The position numbers and the translations under genes are program-made. From NCBI GenBank assembly GCA_001179505.1, contig CDMY01000902.1:1-12066 (forward strand): DNA of 12,066 nucleotides, written 5' to 3'. The stretch is from Vitrella brassicaformis CCMP3155 (Eukaryota > Protista > Chromerida). The notes below the pieces were generated by a model. That model saw nothing but the letters and a program-made list of their open reading frames with translations, did not search any database and was not told the origin of the DNA. Positions 8,399-12,066 of the stretch are shown here, piece by piece (positions within the stretch are counted from its first letter, which is position 1; each line of letters begins with the position of its first letter).

Positions 8399-8627
8399 AG
8401 TTGCGTAACACAGTGGTCAAGCGAGGTATCGGCTAACGCACACCAAGCACAAAGAGCCTTCACGGAACACGCAAGAGTCTTTTGTCCGATGCAGGGAGGG
8501 ACAGGCAGACAGAAGGAGAGCGGGCGCTAACCGTCCATCTATCTATCCGCCATTTCGGATTCGCATTCGCATGGCTCTAGGGCGCGTATAACTGTTCTCC
8601 AACCTGTGGGCGTATCATTCCGCAACA
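8399..8627 (-). repeat. 3' LTR of the copia element (~229 bp)
   Basis: It starts TGTTGCGG directly after the PPT, so the 8627 boundary is well supported. The other end is placed at the inverted repeat CGCAACT (8399-8405) and is less certain because the 5' LTR is outside the window. Confidence 0.65.
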
Positions 8628-8638
8628 CCCCTCTTCGC
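8628..8638 (-). promoter_or_regulatory. Polypurine tract (plus-strand primer)
   Basis: Minus strand reads GCGAAGAGGGG immediately followed by TGTTG. Confidence 0.8.
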
Positions 8639-8872
8639 ACACAGCACTAGGAACCACGAAGCCCTAGCCAAACCCTGAACCTCAAACCCAGGAGTTGGAT
8701 CCTGCTTCACTCTTCCAACCGTGTGCGTCTGTTGGACAGTCGGAGGACGGCAACCGAGCCAACCCACCAATGAACGGTTCCATCTGGATGCAGGAGCGGT
8801 GCCTCACGTGTACTCTCCCAACCGATGGGTCAGTCACACACACTACACAGCACTGTGGGACTCTCTGCTTCC

Positions 8873-11800
8873 TTAGTCCACCTTGCGCCTCTTTGTCATA
8901 TCACTCTTTGATGTCTGACGCTTTCTCTTCTGCCTCTCAGGCTCAGTCGTCAGCCCATCGTTGCTGAGAGTGATGGCGTCGGCTCCTCTCGTCACCATGC
9001 ACGTCAACTTCGCGTGCTGTGACGCAGGGAGCGACTTTGTCAGGAGATCAGCAACATTCTCCTTCGACGGTACGTACTCGGGCCTTATCTTCCCGTCCTG
9101 GTAAGTGCTGCGCACATGATGGTACTTGATAGCAACATGCCTCGTCTTCTTTGAGGCCTGATGGTTCTTGATATTCTGTATGCAACCATCGTTGTCGCCA
9201 TACAGGACTGTGGGTGGCACCTTGAAGCCCAGCCCCTCCATCAGTTGCATCAAGTACAGCAGTTCACGAGTGCAGTCACTTGCAGCGATGTACTCTGTGC
9301 TACTCAGGGCCACAATCGACTGCGTTCTGCTCGACCACGCGATCGGGCATCCATCCATCTGGATGACGAAACCGCCGGTGCTCTTGGCGTTCTCCTGGTC
9401 GGCCCATGACGCATCCGCATAGGCGACAAGCGCCGCGGTGTTCTCGTCATCTTCGTGGCCAGGTATGCGCCCAAGAGTAGGTCGGCCTTCATCCCAATGG
9501 TTGCCGCACTCATGGCATATGTGTATGCGGTGTGGTTTGTGCAGATCGATCCTTCTCGTACCGGCCATGATGATGTGCTTGCCCTCTGGTGGCTCCTCGT
9601 GGCGGACACCACAATGGGGGCAGTTCAACACATCGTCAGTGGCCTTTCGCTTGAAGACCAATCCTCGCCCAGCGGTCCCCTTCAGGTACCGAAGCACATG
9701 GCACGCATATCTGAAGTGAGTCTTGCCCCAGCACGAAAAGAACTTGGTCAGTTCCTTACATGCATAGGCAATGTCTGGTCTCACTGTGATTGCGCTGTAC
9801 AGCAGGCTTCCAACCAGCTCTCTGTACGGCAACTCGCGTGCGGCCTCTGCCTCTGCCTCTGTTCGGGGGCCCATTTCTGAGCTCAAACGCACACCTGGTG
9901 GCAATGGCGTCATGGCTGGGTTGGCTCGTTCCATCCGGAACTTGGTGAGCAGGCTAGAGATGTACTTCTCTTGCGAGAGTGTCATCTCTCCCTTCTCTTT
10001 GTCGTATTTGACCTTGATGCCTACGAAGGTGTCGACTTCGCCGAGATCCTTGATGGCAAATCGTTGGCCGATTTCCTCCAAGAACCAATCGAGGTCAGCA
10101 TCGCACCCAGCATAGACAATGTCATCGACAACCACACCCAGCCATAGCTGTCGTGTCTTGTGTGTGAAGATGCAGGGATCAGCGTCGAGTGGCTCGAAGC
10201 CCATGGCCCTCAGCGACTGTACCAGCAGCTGATTCCATGCTCTCGGCGCCTCCCTCAGCCCATACAGGGCCTTTCGCAGTCGAATGACATGCCCAGGCTT
10301 CTCGTATCCTTCTGGGCACTCCATGTACACAGGAGTGTCCAGTGGCGCGTTGAGGAAAGCGGTGTTTACGTCCAGCTGACGCATCGACCACCCTTTCTTC
10401 AATACAGCCGCCATAAAGGTACGGACAGCCTGTCCAGACATCGTAGGTGCATACGTCTCTTCGTCAGGTCCCAGCCGCTGTTGGAAGCCTTTGGCGACCA
10501 ACCACGCTTTCTTCCTGTCGGGCTTCTGTTTGAAGACCCATTTGGCCTGGATGACTCGTCCATCCGCCTCCTCACGTAAGACGTACTCAAACACACCCAG
10601 ATCGTGCATGGCTTGATGCTCCTTGTCCATTGCCTCTATCCAGCCCTCACACTCAGGCCCTTCGCGGGCTTCCTGACATGTTTNNNNNNNNNNNNNNNNN
10701 NNNNNNNNNNNNNNNNNNNNNNNNNNNNNNNNNNNNNNNNNNNNNNNNNNNNNNNNNNNNNNNNNNNNNNNNNNNNNNNNNNNNNNNNNNNNNNNNNNNN
10801 NNNNNNNNNNNNNNNNNNNNNNNNNNNNNNNNNNNNNNNNNNNNNNNNNNNNNNNNNNNNNNNNNNNNNNNNNNNNNNNNNNNNNNNNNNNNNNNNNNNN
10901 NNNNNNNNNNNNNNNNNNNNNNNNNNNNNNNNNNNNNNNNNNNNNNNNNNNNNNNNNNNNNNNNNNNNNNNNNNNNNNNNNNNGCGGGCTTCCTGACATG
11001 TTTCAGGCTCATAGACGGTGTCGGCCATCGGTCCTGCCTTGACACTGAATGCATTCACAAACAGGTCAGGTAGACCACCCGCACGGCCACGGGAGCGTCT
11101 CTTGCCAGCACTTCTCTGTCTCGGCTGCTGTGTGTACAGGTGTGACCAGTCTGGTGGTGCGTCAGAGGTCCTTCCAGTATTGCACATGCATCGTGAGGAC
11201 TTCACTGCCAGGCAACGGCAGCCCTCGCCTCCCCTCTTCGCATCCACCCGGCCCCTTCCTGTCTTCTTATCCCCACACAGACGAACGACAACCGGTCCAT
11301 TCGTCACACCGACCTGCACAGCACGGACATCGAATAGATGGTCCTCGTACAAGTGTCGTGGTATCAGCCTTTCGCGTCCAGAGCACCGTGGCGGAGGGGG
11401 TGGTGGTGCTCGTCGGTCGAGAGCCATCTCGCCCTCATCGATCGGCATGAGTTCCACATCTGCATCGCTCGGCTGGGGGGCTGCTGGGCCTGGTGCCGGG
11501 TTGGCATCCATCCCATCTGCATCCATGTGGTCGTGCTCTGGGTTGCTGGCTCTCGGCTGCCCGTCCATTTGGACGTCGCCTGCCCCACTCGGGCCATCGT
11601 ACGACTCATCCCCGCCTGCCTGCACATGGCCTTGCTGACCGAGGTCACCCATCTCCTCCAGCTCATCGGGCTCAACATCTCTTATCTCTGGCTTCTCGGC
11701 GACAATCGGGTCGCTCTCAGCGACAATCGGGTCGCTCTCAGGGTTGACTATCACATCCCCTCTTCGAGCCGATTGGTGCGCTAAGTCAGCCAGTCCATCC

Positions 11801-12066
11801 CCTCTTTGCGCGTGGTCGTCGACAAGCTCAGGGCGGGCCTGGAGAGGTTCACCGAGTCTATGGGTGGCCTCCCAGCTGGCCGGCACGAGCCGTCGATGCC
11901 AGGTACGCTTCTCGAGGAAACGAACATCACGCGAGATGATGACGCGTCTTGTTTTGGGGTTCCACATGCGATAGGCATCCTTGGTTCGACCATCATAGCC
12001 TATCAGCAGCATGGGAACTGCCCTGGCCGCAAACTTGTGTGCTCTGAAGGGCTTCCGCACATGGAC
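8873..12066 (-). CDS. pol: Copia Pol polyprotein, partial: integrase SH3-like C-terminus, linker, reverse transcriptase (RVT_2 type), inserted Zn-ribbon-like segment, RNase H, basic tail
   Basis: Integrase C-terminus: KFAARAVPMLLIGYD...AYRMWNPKTRRVIISRDVRFLE. RT: EPETCQEA, W.EAMDKE, KWVFKQK, LVAKGFQQ, QLDVNTAFLNA, LRKALYGLREAPRAW, VVDDI, YRELVGSLLY, RPDIAYA, VLRYLKGT. RNase H: YADASWA, KSTGG, WSSRTQSIVALSSTEY, GDN, KTRHVAIKYH, VADLLTK. TAA stop at 8873-8875. Collapsing the N gap gives one frame of about 957 codons. Confidence 0.95.
10684..10983. other. 300-N scaffold gap, probably spurious
   Basis: The 20-mer gcgggcttcctgacatgttt appears on both sides (10664-10683 and 10984-11003). Confidence 0.95.
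11699..11741. repeat. In-frame 21-bp tandem duplication in the integrase-RT linker (ESDPIVA x2)
   Basis: gcgacaatcgggtcgctctca occurs twice, at 11699-11719 and 11720-11740. Confidence 0.95.

Larger units (their letters stand above)
8399..12066 (-). mobile_element. Ty1/copia LTR retrotransposon, 3' portion (continues beyond the right edge)
   Basis: Copia domain order IN-RT-RH on the minus strand, followed by a ~235-bp 3' UTR, a PPT and an LTR beginning TGTTG. Confidence 0.95.

Noticed and set aside
8659-8691. Telomere-like heptamers (aaaccctgaa) in the copia 3' UTR
   Set aside because: Only one good CCCTGAA unit is present; the rest is too degenerate.
9161-11996. Many plus-strand and alternative-frame ORFs overlapping pol, as a possible antisense gene
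   Set aside because: They are typical of GC-rich coding DNA and show no motifs. Several are artefacts of translating through the Ns.

Overview
Eukaryotic genomic DNA that is rich in repeats and transposons. Short 62-80 nt GT-AG introns, GC3-rich exons and many tetranucleotide microsatellites suggest a chromerid/alveolate-like protist such as Vitrella; that assignment is inference only. From left to right: (i) 1-650 looks like a transposon and holds a candidate LTR at 410-629. (ii) 1485-3107 (+) is the 3' half of a multi-exon RBM28/NOP4-like RRM gene, with lesions and no visible 5' exons. (iii) 3389-4694 is a 1.3-kb non-autonomous element with terminal inverted repeats (TIRs) and a nested insertion. 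(iv) 4835-6110 (-) is an intronless GT37/GT23-like fucosyltransferase split by two -1 frameshifts. (v) 7000-8300 holds a small palindrome array and a diverged ~350-bp tandem repeat. (vi) 8399-12066 (-) is the 3' part of a Ty1/copia LTR retrotransposon: integrase C-terminus, RT, RNase H, polypurine tract (PPT) and 3' LTR. A 300-N gap crosses it, but the gap flanks overlap by 20 bp, so pol is probably one continuous ORF. The most unusual feature is a ~70-aa in-frame CxxC-x31-CxxC zinc-ribbon-like insertion between RT and RNase H. The same element has a VVDD RT motif, a basic NLS-like C-terminal tail and apparently non-canonical TG...CT LTR ends.
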